A stretch of DNA of 63,919 nucleotides, counting the filler, from Globobulimina sp. (lineage: Eukaryota): the NCBI GenBank assembly GCA_003354225.1. It is 44 parts of 44 records of this genome, joined end to end, with 100 filler letters (N's around TTAATTAATTAA, not from the genome) between each part and the next. Parts side by side here need not be neighbours in the genome. Positions count along the whole stretch, not along the records: positions 10,193 to 11,548 come from PIVH01018049.1; positions 11,649 to 13,004 come from PIVH01018050.1; positions 13,105 to 14,460 come from PIVH01018051.1; positions 14,561 to 15,916 come from PIVH01018052.1; positions 16,017 to 17,372 come from PIVH01018053.1; positions 17,473 to 18,827 come from PIVH01018054.1; positions 18,928 to 20,282 come from PIVH01018055.1; positions 20,383 to 21,737 come from PIVH01018056.1; 36 more parts are not named here. One strand, 5' to 3'. Both the position numbers and the translations under genes were made by a program. Shown one piece after another: positions 11,402 to 22,677 of this stretch. The notes beneath the pieces are model-generated. The model was not told where the DNA came from. It did not search any database and saw only the letters and a program-made list of their open reading frames with translations. The stretch's first letter is position 1; each line of letters begins with the position of its first letter.

Positions 11402-11806
11402 ATTATATGTTCCAGTTAAATAATGTAAGAATGATATTATGAAATATGGTTTTATTTCATCAAATGATTTCCATTCATTGCATAATAACTCATTCTTACT
11501 CTTTTATAAATCATATATAAGACGTCAATACATAATGGATTAAAAAATNNNNNNNNNNNNNNNNNNNNNNNNNNNNNNNNNNNNNNNNNNNNTTAATTAA
11601 TTAANNNNNNNNNNNNNNNNNNNNNNNNNNNNNNNNNNNNNNNNNNNNCGAAGTTGACCTAGTATTCGAATCCTAGTATTCAAAGTTGAAAACCACTCTA
11701 GCTAACCCAAAAACCTTGCCAATCACAAAAGAAGTGTTTAGAAGTTTAAGCCTAAAAAGTCAATTATGTAAATTCTTAGAAAAATGATTGGAAATTCACT
11801 ACATCG

Positions 11807-12110
11807 ATGCATAGCAATACTGCAACAATTCAGCTGTCCAAAAATGATGATTTTTTCCCCGTAAATATTTGTATCAAACTACAGCAAATGAATCGAAATA
11901 AAGTAGATATACTCGAGGAACATATCGCTGACTTGAAAGCAGAAATAAATTCTTTAAGAACTCAAGTAACACCGACTGGTGCCATAGTGCTTTGGAGTGG
12001 TGATATTAAGCAGATTCCTAAAGGCTGGGTGTTATGTGACGGTCAACACACAACTCCAGATTTATCCGATCGATTTGTTTTAGGTTATGGCGCTACGTAC
12101 AATCAAATCG
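11807..12110 (+). CDS. Coiled-coil plus phage tail collar-like domain protein fragment
   Basis: PTGAIVLWSG...IPKGWVLCDG...TPDLSDRFVLG. Confidence 0.75.
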
Positions 12111-12114
12111 GACA

Positions 12115-13004
12115 CAACCAAATGGAACAGAAAACATTTGGTGGGTTGGCAGAATACCAAGACATGGAATTCGTTTTGTGAGAATACATTATTTATTGGA
12201 TTTATTAAAAGTAAAAGCAATGAATACAACTGAATCATTAAGCTATGACTGGACAGATTTAGATCGAGCAATGGAAATTCTACGATCAAATAATCGTTTT
12301 CCAATATTCGAATTAATGGGTAATCCATCACTTTATTGGACTGACTTTTCAAATGCAACACAGCTATACACATGGAAAGATTTGGTGACACAGATCGCAC
12401 AAAGATATCTCACAAAATATGGCATGGATATTGTAAATAAATGGCTGTGGGAAAGTTGGAATGAGGTAAATGTTTCCATATTATGTTGCTTTCATGCTCA
12501 AAAACATGTTTTCTATATTAGCCGCCGTCAGGGACCGAAGGTTTTAACTTTAACAAAACGAGCTGGGAAAATTATTTCGATGCATGCAATCATGGATTAT
12601 TGGCCGTTGATACAGATTTAAAATTTGGAGGTCCAGCTTGTCACAGCTATAACACAGATTATTTGAAAATTGCTTTGGATCATGTTACGAATGGAACAGA
12701 TTGCTTTACCGGGAAAGTTGGCAATATTCGAATTGATTTTATCTCGAAGCATAACAAAGGAAACGAAGACGAACAAACTCTGTTATCTCAAGATTTGAGT
12801 ATCGCAGAATTAATTGATACAAATTACACGTCATTAGTTAATCGCAGTGTTTTTTACAACGATGGTTGGGCTGATCATTATATATGGCGAGCAACGCCGT
12901 CATATGTGTATTTGCTGTGGTATTTACCATTTATATATGTACGTTTGCAGCGTTTGAAGTGCAAGGAATTAATTATCATTTGGAGAATTTTGATACAATT
13001 TTAT
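12115..13004 (+). CDS. GH39 alpha-L-iduronidase-like glycoside hydrolase fragment (intron 12466-12521)
   Basis: GIRFVRIHYLLD and FELMGNPS; after splicing, WESWNE|PP...NYFDAC...KFGGP restores the catalytic NEP. Confidence 0.85.
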
Positions 13005-13104
13005 NNNNNNNNNNNNNNNNNNNNNNNNNNNNNNNNNNNNNNNNNNNNTTAATTAATTAANNNNNNNNNNNNNNNNNNNNNNNNNNNNNNNNNNNNNNNN
13101 NNNN

Positions 13105-13248
13105 GTTGGAAAATTCTAATTGATCTAAATGACCATTTCCATCAACATCATACCGTCTAAATATAGATTTTAACACAATTTCTGGCGTATTACGATGTAT
13201 TCCTGATTGACTCTTATGCATTGAGCTGTACTGGATGTATAGTAGCAA
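13105..13248 (-). CDS. EF-hand protein fragment
   Basis: IFRRYDVDGNGHLDQLEF is a canonical EF-hand loop. Confidence 0.65.
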
Positions 13249-13270
13249 AAAAAACTGTTACATTTAATTC

Positions 13271-14455
13271 TTAAAGTTTTTTTATCCATATAATATTTAG
13301 TTCGTGTTCAATGCAACCATTATATAAAATGCATCCGATATCATCAAATTGTTGTTTATATTTCAAAACTACATACGATGTAATTAGAGAATCCAAACAA
13401 TATAAATATTCGCCATTATCTGCATGTTTATCTCTTATTTCATACAACACTTCAAAATCTTTCCAATCGTTTTCAAAGATATCATCTTCAGCATAGCCAG
13501 ACAGTTTTTTACATAAAAACTCTCTTTCATCAAAAACAGGATATCCTTCAACAAATTCACCTAATTCGATATAAAACGTTCTCAAATTTGTTTTATGTTC
13601 GCTTAAATGTCTGAATATGTCATCCATAATGAATGTACTCAATCGAATATTTCGCATATTTACAGTGTGTAAATTTGGAAATAATCGAGTCACTGTATCA
13701 ACATTTATCCATTCATATTCCTCAATGTACAATTCACCAAATATCCCTACATTTGGATTTGCTACAATTGCTTTCCACTTAGTATCTAAACAAGTTTTAT
13801 TCATACAGATGTCATTCAACATTGGATCAGTTTTATTCATCCACTTTTTTATATTATTGTCATTACCATTTCCATAATATCTCTGTCCAAGAAAACGAAT
13901 CATTTCTGTGACATAACTTTCTCGATTTGGTACAATCAGTAAAATGTTGTCATGTAAATCAGCCATTGCAAATAAATTCATTTCAATGCATCTATCAACA
14001 GCTTCTTTCACTGAAAACTCGCATTTCCCATTTGCTGCAATTGAAAACGCACAGCAATTTCTTTTATCATTAACAAATGATGCAATATCATTCAATATAA
14101 ATGAAGATACAGTCACACCGACCACATGTATCCAGTCCATATCAGGAAACACAATCTTTAATAACTCAATTTTTATCCATTCTGTGTTGCGGTTGAAAAA
14201 TATATCAGCCATAAATGAATATTTCTGGCGACATTGCGCATAATCAATTCGTATCAGACATTTATTGTTAAAATAAGTATTGCATAATTTCCTGCCATAA
14301 TCTGTCAAAGATTTAAATTGTTCATATTCTGATGGTCGTTTGTATGATAATTGATTATTTATAATTGTTTTCATTAAAAACAACATTGAATCTGGAATAT
14401 CGCCAACAAATTCCTCCCTCGCATCAATGTCTAATATATTATTAATATTACCCAA
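13271..14455 (-). CDS. Hypothetical protein, partial, with an internal duplication
   Basis: Long ORF; EWIKIELLKIVFPDM and EWINVDTVTRLFPNL are repeated units. Confidence 0.6.
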   Translation of the reverse strand: MGNINNILDIDAREEFVGDIPDSMLFLMKTIINNQLSYKRPSEYEQFKSLTDYGRKLCNTYFNNKCLIRIDYAQCRQKYSFMADIFFNRNTEWIKIELLKIVFPDMDWIHVVGVTVSSFILNDIASFVNDKRNCCAFSIAANGKCEFSVKEAVDRCIEMNLFAMADLHDNILLIVPNRESYVTEMIRFLGQRYYGNGNDNNIKKWMNKTDPMLNDICMNKTCLDTKWKAIVANPNVGIFGELYIEEYEWINVDTVTRLFPNLHTVNMRNIRLSTFIMDDIFRHLSEHKTNLRTFYIELGEFVEGYPVFDEREFLCKKLSGYAEDDIFENDWKDFEVLYEIRDKHADNGEYLYCLDSLITSYVVLKYKQQFDDIGCILYNGCIEHELNIIWIKKL

Positions 14456-14730
14456 CGCCTNNNNNNNNNNNNNNNNNNNNNNNNNNNNNNNNNNNNNNNN
14501 NNNNTTAATTAATTAANNNNNNNNNNNNNNNNNNNNNNNNNNNNNNNNNNNNNNNNNNNNTTGAGATTCGTAATAATCGCAAACAGTGGTTTATAAATTG
14601 TTATATCGCCACATTATTATGTAGTGAGTATTTCCCTGTCGTCGGGATCTCAAATATTAGTGATGAAATCAAGTGGTGTTGGATCAAACAGCTCTGCCGA
14701 TCTTCCATATATTTTATAAATGATATTACG

Positions 14731-15916
14731 ATGAATAAAAAATGTATCTATTTAATTGACACTTTAATTCAAAAATGTTTCAATAATAAATATATTAAAC
14801 CGCGTGATACATTTTTTCATGAAAAAGATTATCAAAATTTACAAATCTTACTGCATTTAGTTACAAATTATATTTCTGCAAATCATTTAAAAAAAATTAA
14901 TTTAAGATTTAAACAAATGATGCCGTTGTTAATCAACAATAAGCAGCACCAATATTTTATTAATTTAATCACAATTCCTCAGATATTGGATGGATTCAAA
15001 GAGAGCGATATTTATCAATGTATTATGATTATTAATAATGAAAAAGATCATTTATGTCAAGAATTAATAAAAATATTATTAAGTAAAAATATAAATAAAA
15101 TATATCCGCCAAATGCATTATATCTTCAAGAGATCATTAAAAATGGTGATGGTGAGGATGATGAACAGAATGTATTGATGAAATTAAAAATAAATTTAAT
15201 GATTGATCCAAAATTATTACATAAAACCTATCCAGATTTATATGATGGAATGACGCCATTACAATACGCAAAAAAGGAAAAAACAAATATTTGGCCAGAT
15301 GTTATTTCATTTTTGCAGGAAAAACAAGAGGGCTATACACTATCTCCTCCATTATTATTATCTGCCGATTCTGCTCCATCTGCTCCATTGACCAAAGGAA
15401 AGGAAAAAGAAAAAGAAAAAGTTAAAGAAAAGAAAAAGACAATAACACCAACATCTGCTGTATCTGTAGCACCATCGCCATCATCATGGGGTTTCTCCAA
15501 TTTTGTTGGACACTGTTTCTCATTTACACAATTTACAAATACCTCGGCCTCAACATCACCATCTAAGCCTACATCGCCATCGCCGTCGCCCTCGTCATCA
15601 TTCCCATTATCATCGTCTCGCAATCGTCAGTTACAGCAAAGGTTACAATCTTATATTGCCACATTAGAAAAATATAAAACAAAAACCCGAAACTTAGAAC
15701 ACAAATTAAATAAATTAAATAAAAGCATGGAGCGACAAAATGATAAAATTATTGAATTAAAATTAGAAAACAAAATGCTAAAAAATGTGTTTATGAATAA
15801 TGAATTTAAACATAATAACAATCAAATCAATGATTGCGATGAAGATGAAGATGTTGATGATGAGAGTGATGATGTCGATGCAATGCGAATTACCCAAAAG
15901 AATTGGAAGAATTGGT
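14731..15916 (+). CDS. Hypothetical protein with an ankyrin-like motif, Ser/Pro-rich region and coiled coil, partial
   Basis: GMTPLQYA motif, heptad region, and WKNW (possible SAM start) at the contig end. Confidence 0.55.
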
Positions 15917-16016
15917 NNNNNNNNNNNNNNNNNNNNNNNNNNNNNNNNNNNNNNNNNNNNTTAATTAATTAANNNNNNNNNNNNNNNNNNNNNNNNNNNN
16001 NNNNNNNNNNNNNNNN

Positions 16017-17372
16017 TGGCAATACCAAATTATCCGAACAACAAAAACGTAAACAACGCCTTTTAAATGATGCAATTATTAAAAATAAACCATCAAATCC
16101 GACATATAATAAAAAAATATTTGTGCCATCAATAACACCAATTCACGATCGATATGACATACAAAATTTGAGTAATAATATTATCGAAACCAAACAAAAT
16201 AATGATCCTACATTGTATTCGATAATTATCTATTTAAAAACAAATAATCCACATTTGTTATATGATCTGCCGTCGCATTTATATCACACTGTATTAAATG
16301 GACGATATTACATTAATCATAATGGCATATTAATGTATAAATTTCAAACAATAAATTGTATGGTTATACCGGATTGTTTACGTAGCAGTGTGTTGCATTG
16401 GGCACACACTAATGTACATAATGGTGGCGCGCGTATGTTGGCTGGGATTACGAGCAGGTATTGGTGGCCTGGATTACGTACTGATATCGCATTATATACC
16501 AAATCGTGCCATAGCTGTCAAACTGTAAAAAGAGGCGGGAAACAACCATTTAAATCAGGAAAAATACAAACGTTTTCCGCTACAGCACCATTTGAATTAA
16601 TTTCAATAGACATAGTTGGACCGTTACCACAAACAAATGATGATAATAGATATATGGTGACAATGATTGATAAATTTTCGCGTTTCTGTATGCTTGTACC
16701 TGTTAAAAATATAAAAACATTAACTGTAATTAAAGCGTATGAGAAATGGATCTCATTATTTGGACCGCCAACAGCGATATTAAGCGATAATGGATCTCAA
16801 TTTATATCTGAAATGTTTAAAGAATATAATAAAGAAAAAGGCATTAAACAGAAATTCGCCACTCCATACTATCCAGAAACAAATGGACAAATAGAGCGCC
16901 TACATAGATGGATTAAGGAGAGATTAACGTTGATAGCAATCGACCTTGGAATTAATTTCGTAGATGGTGATGATGATTGGGACCAATATATTCCATTAAT
17001 TCAACATTCATATAACTCAACACCAAATACAATGACGAAATATTCACCAAACAAAATTATATTTGGTAATGATTTTAAAATTACATTGGATCGCATTAAT
17101 AATGTAATAGTCGATCGTACCATACCATCAGATTATATACGTATGATGAATAATAATAAGAGGATAATACATAATAAAGTCAATATAAATCAAATGCGAT
17201 ACAATAAAAATCGATCGAAGACGTATAATAAATCCCGGAAAAATGCAATAAATTACGCAGTCGGCGATCTTGTTTTGTTGAATATAACTCGTCGATTAAT
17301 AGGTAATAAAAAGAAATTCTCTGCCTCATGGATTGGACCATATGAAATACTCCAAATCAATGACAAACAAAT
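16017..17372 (+). mobile_element. Ty3/gypsy retrotransposon integrase region
   Basis: H-H-C-C zinc finger (HTNVH...CHSC), ISIDIVGP, ILSDNGSQF, YYPETNGQIER and WIGPY. Confidence 0.93.
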
Positions 17373-18064
17373 NNNNNNNNNNNNNNNNNNNNNNNNNNNN
17401 NNNNNNNNNNNNNNNNTTAATTAATTAANNNNNNNNNNNNNNNNNNNNNNNNNNNNNNNNNNNNNNNNNNNNGTTGAGGATTTTTATGGATGACAAAAAA
17501 AATAACTTTTCTCAAACAAAAAAGTTATATTTGAAATTTCATATACAAAAAAAAAAAACTTGTTGTTATAAAAACTGAAAATGTAATAAACTCATTTAGT
17601 GAATATTATTCATGGTCCAATGGCATATTCAACAAAGAAGTGCAATATTTCGAATGTGCAGTTTGCATTCACTTTGCAAACCCAATGCAAATATACTCAT
17701 AGTAAGTTGGAAGAAAAACGGAACTAAACATTATTTCCATGTTTCTCATGGTCGTTCATTGCATAGCCTGAGGCTATATGATTAGGATATTTCTAATTAT
17801 GAAACTTTTTTGGCTTAGTTTCGTTTCGTTTCATTTCTTGCTACAATTATTAATATGTAGTTTATATACGAATGTGATTCTACATATATTTTTTACTTTG
17901 TCATTATGTAATTCTCCAAAAAGTTAACCGTCATATTTAGTTGGACAAAATTACAGTTTTTTTAAATTTAGAAACAACCATATACAAATATACAATGTAT
18001 ACATATAACAATCTGGAAATACAAAAAAAAACATTCGCAAACAAAACATGCAGAAACAAAATCA

Positions 18065-18811
18065 TTACTCAACATCATCACCGCCATAATCTTTTTTGTT
18101 CTCAACAATTTTAAGAAAATACACATGCTGTTTATCAATATCGTTAATCATTTGCTGTTTGCTTCTAAAACCTACACTCTTCCAATTTTTTCTATACAAA
18201 TCTTTATACTTCGCCTCCTCCTCAAACTCAACATAATATCCGCTTTTCTGATAATACATATCCACATAATCCCTCCTCACAATATTCCCATAATTCAGCA
18301 ACATATTCCCCTGTCTCCGCGGATACAAATATTTCTTCACCATCGGATACCGCCTCTTATCCCTCTCCGTCAACGGCTTAAATCTCTGCTGCCGATTCCA
18401 ATCCAATATCAACAATCCCTTATCCCACAACACCTCCTCACACACAAAGTGTTCGCAACTGTTCCTCCCCCGCACAGTCCCACTGTCCAAATACTTAAAC
18501 TTATACAACAGCTCAAACTGCAGCGAATCCCACGCATAACACGTCTCAATCCATACGGCAGGATACCAATACTTACTGTCACTTCTCCGCACGGGATATA
18601 CCCACAACCTCTCCCCCACAGACTGACTAATATTAACTGGATCAACTTCCCTCTTTTTCCGCCTCTGCCCATCCGTCAAACTCACGCATACATTCCTCAC
18701 TTTATGCTCATAAATCTCCTCCCCATCCACCCGCGGTACGAGTCGCACATTCGGCGCAAACCGCTTGTTCCTCCCTTCACATTTCTCGCTACGTCGACAG
18801 CGCTCAGCCAA
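18065..18811 (-). CDS. Hypothetical protein, partial
   Basis: 248-aa ORF followed by an AT-rich 3' region; the + strand ORF is its antisense shadow. Confidence 0.5.
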   Translation of the reverse strand: MAERCRRSEKCEGRNKRFAPNVRLVPRVDGEEIYEHKVRNVCVSLTDGQRRKKREVDPVNISQSVGERLWVYPVRRSDSKYWYPAVWIETCYAWDSLQFELLYKFKYLDSGTVRGRNSCEHFVCEEVLWDKGLLILDWNRQQRFKPLTERDKRRYPMVKKYLYPRRQGNMLLNYGNIVRRDYVDMYYQKSGYYVEFEEEAKYKDLYRKNWKSVGFRSKQQMINDIDKQHVYFLKIVENKKDYGGDDVE

Positions 18812-20039
18812 TTGATGGAAATCAATCNNNNNNNNNNNNNNNNNNNNNNNNNNNNNNNNNNNNNNNNNNNNTTAATTAATTAANNNNNNNNNNNNNNNNN
18901 NNNNNNNNNNNNNNNNNNNNNNNNNNNAAAATTGGAACACACTAAAATGGCATAATAAACAAACTCAACGGACAAATGAACAAATTCAACCATCATTCAT
19001 TTGTTGAATAGTCTCAACTTCATCAGTCCAACAGCAAATCAGCTATAATGTATTGTTAACTGATATGATGTACTGTAATGTCAACTGATATAATCATGGT
19101 ATCTGTATACTGTGTACTGTTCTATTATGTTCTGTATACTGTGTACTGTTCTGTTCTGTATACTGTTGAGTGCACTATCCAGACAATTGATCTAAAAGAC
19201 ACGGTTTGATGTTAATTGTCAGCGCTGACGTTTACCGTTCTATCCACTGTCCAGATCCATCCTTCATCATCTAATCAGCTAAGGAGCATTCCATTGTACT
19301 GTCCCATAGTATTGTCCAATCTCAGCCATCAGATCTTTCATAAACCCATAGTATTCAGAATCCGCCAACAATATAACATTCACATCACACAGCAAAACAA
19401 CAGCATCCTGGCCAGACATGCAGAAATTCCATTATGTGAAAGTGATTAACATGCGTTGGATCCGAAATACCACAAAGTCGTCAGCGAGTAAGGACGCAAA
19501 TAATGTAATAACCACAGTACCTCGATCTCCTCTAATCCTTAACTGAGCAAATCCAGCTAAAAGAAAATCAACCGATCACTGTATCCAGCATAGTAATCAG
19601 CTAATTATTGAATATCAAAAATTATCAAACATAATAATAACAGCTAAAAGAAGAATATTATATAATGTCGTCAATCATCGTCTTCCATCCTGATCGTCCT
19701 AAAAATTCAGAAATGTAGAATCACCATTCTTTCCTCTCTTTTGGTTGACTAGCGCGGTTCCTGATTTATTTATGATAACTAAAAATTAAAATTTGAATTA
19801 TAGACATAATAATATTGTGAATGTGTGTATACTAATAAACTATTTTATACTAATACACTTTTAATAACAAATTACAAAATCAAATTATCAAACTTTCACA
19901 GCACCGAAAATAGAAATACTATCAGCGTACTATCATTGTGACTAAATATTATGCCTGCAAATTATCAGCTTAACATGTTACACCAAATAATAATACAATA
20001 AAATAACAAATTAACAAAAATAAATAATAAACCAATCAT

Positions 20040-20282
20040 CTATCTCTGTCTGGTTGATCGATGCATAATGTTTCTGTCAATATTGGACTCATCTGTATAT
20101 CGAACAGGTTGATTCCTTACACGAGATGATCTTCTCTGTGCTGGTGGTGTTTGAGCATCAGCCAATACTTGCAAAAATGTGTCACAAGCCACTCGTTCCT
20201 GCTCTGGTGTTTTCCATAGCTCGTAAACTTCTCCCCTTCTCTCAGCATCAATTTTCTTCTGTACTTCTTCATTTATTGCACG
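20040..20282 (-). CDS. C-terminal fragment with an RRSSRVRNQPVRY motif, possibly a retrotransposon integrase tail
   Basis: Hand translation gives 80 open codons from the contig end. RRSxRxxxxPxRY is common at the end of LTR pol proteins. Confidence 0.4.
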   Translation of the reverse strand, partial: RAINEEVQKKIDAERRGEVYELWKTPEQERVACDTFLQVLADAQTPPAQRRSSRVRNQPVRYTDESNIDRNIMHRSTRQR

Positions 20283-20384
20283 NNNNNNNNNNNNNNNNNN
20301 NNNNNNNNNNNNNNNNNNNNNNNNNNTTAATTAATTAANNNNNNNNNNNNNNNNNNNNNNNNNNNNNNNNNNNNNNNNNNNNCC

Positions 20385-20480
20385 ATTGAAACGCCTTATC
20401 CAATCAATGAGAAACTGTTAGCAGCAATGAAATCATATCAAAAGGCATTTGTAAATGTTAAGAATCGAGGAATTGAGTAA
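20385..20480 (+). CDS. DUF1778 (TacA/AtaR-like) antitoxin, C-terminal fragment
   Basis: IETPYPINEKLLAAMKSY...* overlaps the start of the GNAT gene. Confidence 0.65.
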   Translation: METPYPINEKLLAAMKSYQKAFVNVKNRGIE

Positions 20481-20967
20481 GAAACATAATCGAAAAAAAT
20501 TTGACTGTGATAATTCGGTACTAAATCAATATTTACAAGCAACAGCAAGACAACATAGCGTAAAAGGAATATCCAGAACATTTGTATTGATTGAAGTCGA
20601 AAATCCACTTGAGATATTAGGATTTTTCACGTTAACGTTTTGTGAGATTCAAGCCAAAACATTGCCTGTAGAGAATGCTAAAAAATATCAATCTGCCATC
20701 CCTGCAGCAAAATTAGCACGACTTGCGGTTTCAAGTATGTATCAGCGCCAGGGATTAGGAAAGCACATGATGGTCAATGCAATAGAAAGGACATTGTTGG
20801 TTTCAAAAAATATAGGAATTATTGGATTTTTTGTAGATGCAAAGGATGTTAAAGTTAAAGAGTACTATAAACAGTTTGGATTTTTTACATTGCCTGACAA
20901 TACATTGCAATTATTCTTACCTCTGACGAGACTTCAGCAAACATATGATTTGATTTCAAAAGGATAA
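20455..20967 (+). CDS. GNAT-family toxin (TacT/AtaT-like acetyltransferase), bacterial
   Basis: HNRKKFDC..LNQYL, IPAAKLARLAV..YQRQGLG and VDAKD...YYKQFGF. Confidence 0.88.
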   Translation: MLRIEELSKKHNRKKFDCDNSVLNQYLQATARQHSVKGISRTFVLIEVENPLEILGFFTLTFCEIQAKTLPVENAKKYQSAIPAAKLARLAVSSMYQRQGLGKHMMVNAIERTLLVSKNIGIIGFFVDAKDVKVKEYYKQFGFFTLPDNTLQLFLPLTRLQQTYDLISKG

Positions 20968-21006
20968 ATGTTATAAAAAACAAAAAATGCCCACTAAGGA
21001 GTAAAT

Positions 21007-21327
21007 AATGACCGCTGAGGATGTTAAGAGGTTGAAAAAACAAATTGCCCGCTAAGGACGCGAAGGGCGCTAAGAAAATAAAAAAAATATTTGATCGGTT
21101 TTATGTACTTCAGGGGTGAAAAATGACCACTGAGGATGTTAAGAGGCTGAAAAAAACAAATTGCCCGCTAAGTGCGCGAAGAGCACTAAGAAAACAAAAG
21201 AACTTTCACTCTTCGAGTGCAAAAAAATAACCCCCGAGAGTGTTATGGGGTTGTAATCAAATAAACTGTCCGCCAGGTTCTCTAAGGTCACTTAGTTTTT
21301 AAAAAACTTCGCGTACTTCGCGGGCAA
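21007..21327. repeat. Intergenic repeats: 72-73-bp direct repeats (21007-21078, 21122-21194) and an inverted 21-bp copy (21307-21327)
   Basis: AATGACCRCTGAGGATGTTAAGAGG...TTGCCCGCTAAG..CGCGAAG occurs twice; CTTCGCGTACTTCGCGGGCAA is the reverse complement of 21161-21181 at 19/21. Confidence 0.85.
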
Positions 21328-21369
21328 AACGTTTAAAATTATGATATTAACCTTCAAAACTTCTTCTTT

Positions 21370-21633
21370 TTATTCATAATGCGTCCACATCCTTAAAACA
21401 TGAACGATCCTTTGTCTTTCGTCTACTGAATATACCAGCCGGTGCTTTATGTTAATTCGACGGGAATAGAAGCCTTTAAGATTGCCGACAAGTTTTTCAT
21501 ATGCAGGCGGTGTATGGAATGGATTGTCTTTCAATAAATTGAGCAGAACCTGGGCTTGAGGCTTAAGGCCGGCATTCCGTAATTTCACGGCGTCTTTTAC
21601 AGCTTTGCGGGATAAAATGACATTCCAGCTCAC
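21370..21633 (-). CDS. yoeB: Txe/YoeB family mRNA interferase toxin
   Basis: NPF..PP.YEKLVGNLKGFYSRRINIKHRLVY...RMWTHYE. Confidence 0.92.
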   Translation of the reverse strand: MSWNVILSRKAVKDAVKLRNAGLKPQAQVLLNLLKDNPFHTPPAYEKLVGNLKGFYSRRINIKHRLVYSVDERQRIVHVLRMWTHYE

Positions 21634-21737
21634 CAGTCAAGATGCACCAGGGCAGTTCATTTTACAAGCGGATCCTGGTCAGCCTTGATAATGATTTCAA
21701 CAAAACCGGGAAGCTGGTTAAGATAAAGAGTCTCCCC
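21630..21737 (-). CDS. yefM: Phd/YefM antitoxin C-terminal fragment with an internal TGA at 21657-21659
   Basis: ETLYLNQLPG...DPLVK*TALVHLDW*; the terminal TGA overlaps the GTG start of yoeB. Confidence 0.7.
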
Positions 21738-22677
21738 NNNNNNNNNNNNNNNNNNNNNNNNNNNNNNNNNNNNNNNNNNNNTTAATTAATTAANNNNNNN
21801 NNNNNNNNNNNNNNNNNNNNNNNNNNNNNNNNNNNNNCTTCCACCCATATTTGGAAGGAGTGAAGCACAGATTTGTGTTAGGCACATCTTTGGGGACTAG
21901 GAAATATATTTATCAGCTGGTACAATATTTGAAGAAAAGTACAACAGGTTCTTTAAATAAACTCAACAAATTGAGATTGATTTTCTAGTTTATACATATT
22001 TTCATAATCATTGTCGTTCATGTTTTAGGATCCATAGACTTTTGGGATTTTCGAACTTTGCGATTCTTCTGTCCCGCTGCAGATAGAAACGTTTCTCAAG
22101 GTTTTGAGCAGGTTTTTATGTCAATCAGAAACGCATTTGTTACCTTATAACGTTTTTGTCACCCAGTAATTCATTTCTGTACAGACGAAAAGTTCTAAAA
22201 GTCCTGGAATTCCTAAAAAACGACAATGATTATGAAAAGAAACTGAGCGACAATGATTTTGACAATTAGTATAATACATATGGTTTTATTTCATTTTCTG
22301 TGTGTTTGTTTTCTGTTTTCTTTGTGTTTATGTTATTGTTTTCCATTTGTACGGATGCAAAATATAGTCAGACGTATACAAATGGAAAGTAATGATCTGC
22401 CTTCTCAGCTGCCGCGAAAATGCGATAGAATTGTTTAAATTCTTATATTAAACAAATACATAATATAATATTGGATTTCTAGATTTTTTTATCATATGAA
22501 CGCCTTGTTACTATGTTCAAATATGAATCCCAAAATATGCGGTTTTTCACAACTGTGTAGATCTCATGAGAGAGGCAGGGAAAAACTATAAACTCAGTTG
22601 CATTTTTTATAATTAGTACATGGTTACAATTAATATTCAAAATGGAGAGTTATTTATTATAAAAGTAATTGTATATT

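Noticed and set aside
11807-13004. Genuine tail collar-GH39 fusion protein
   Set aside because: The two parts are in different frames with no intron at the junction; most likely a chimera.
18125-18827. Long + strand Pro/Ile/Gln-rich ORF
   Set aside because: Antisense shadow of the minus-strand ORF; the same applies to 56906-57925 and the small ORFs overlapping Nod and the phosphagen kinase.
19200-19760. Minus-strand hydrophobic frame readable with TGA=Trp
   Set aside because: It is also broken by TAA and TAG and shows no recognisable motif.
21007-21327. Integron attC sites or CRISPR between the TA genes
   Set aside because: No RYYYAAC/GTTRRRY ends at the gene boundaries, the modules are convergent, and there are only two long copies.
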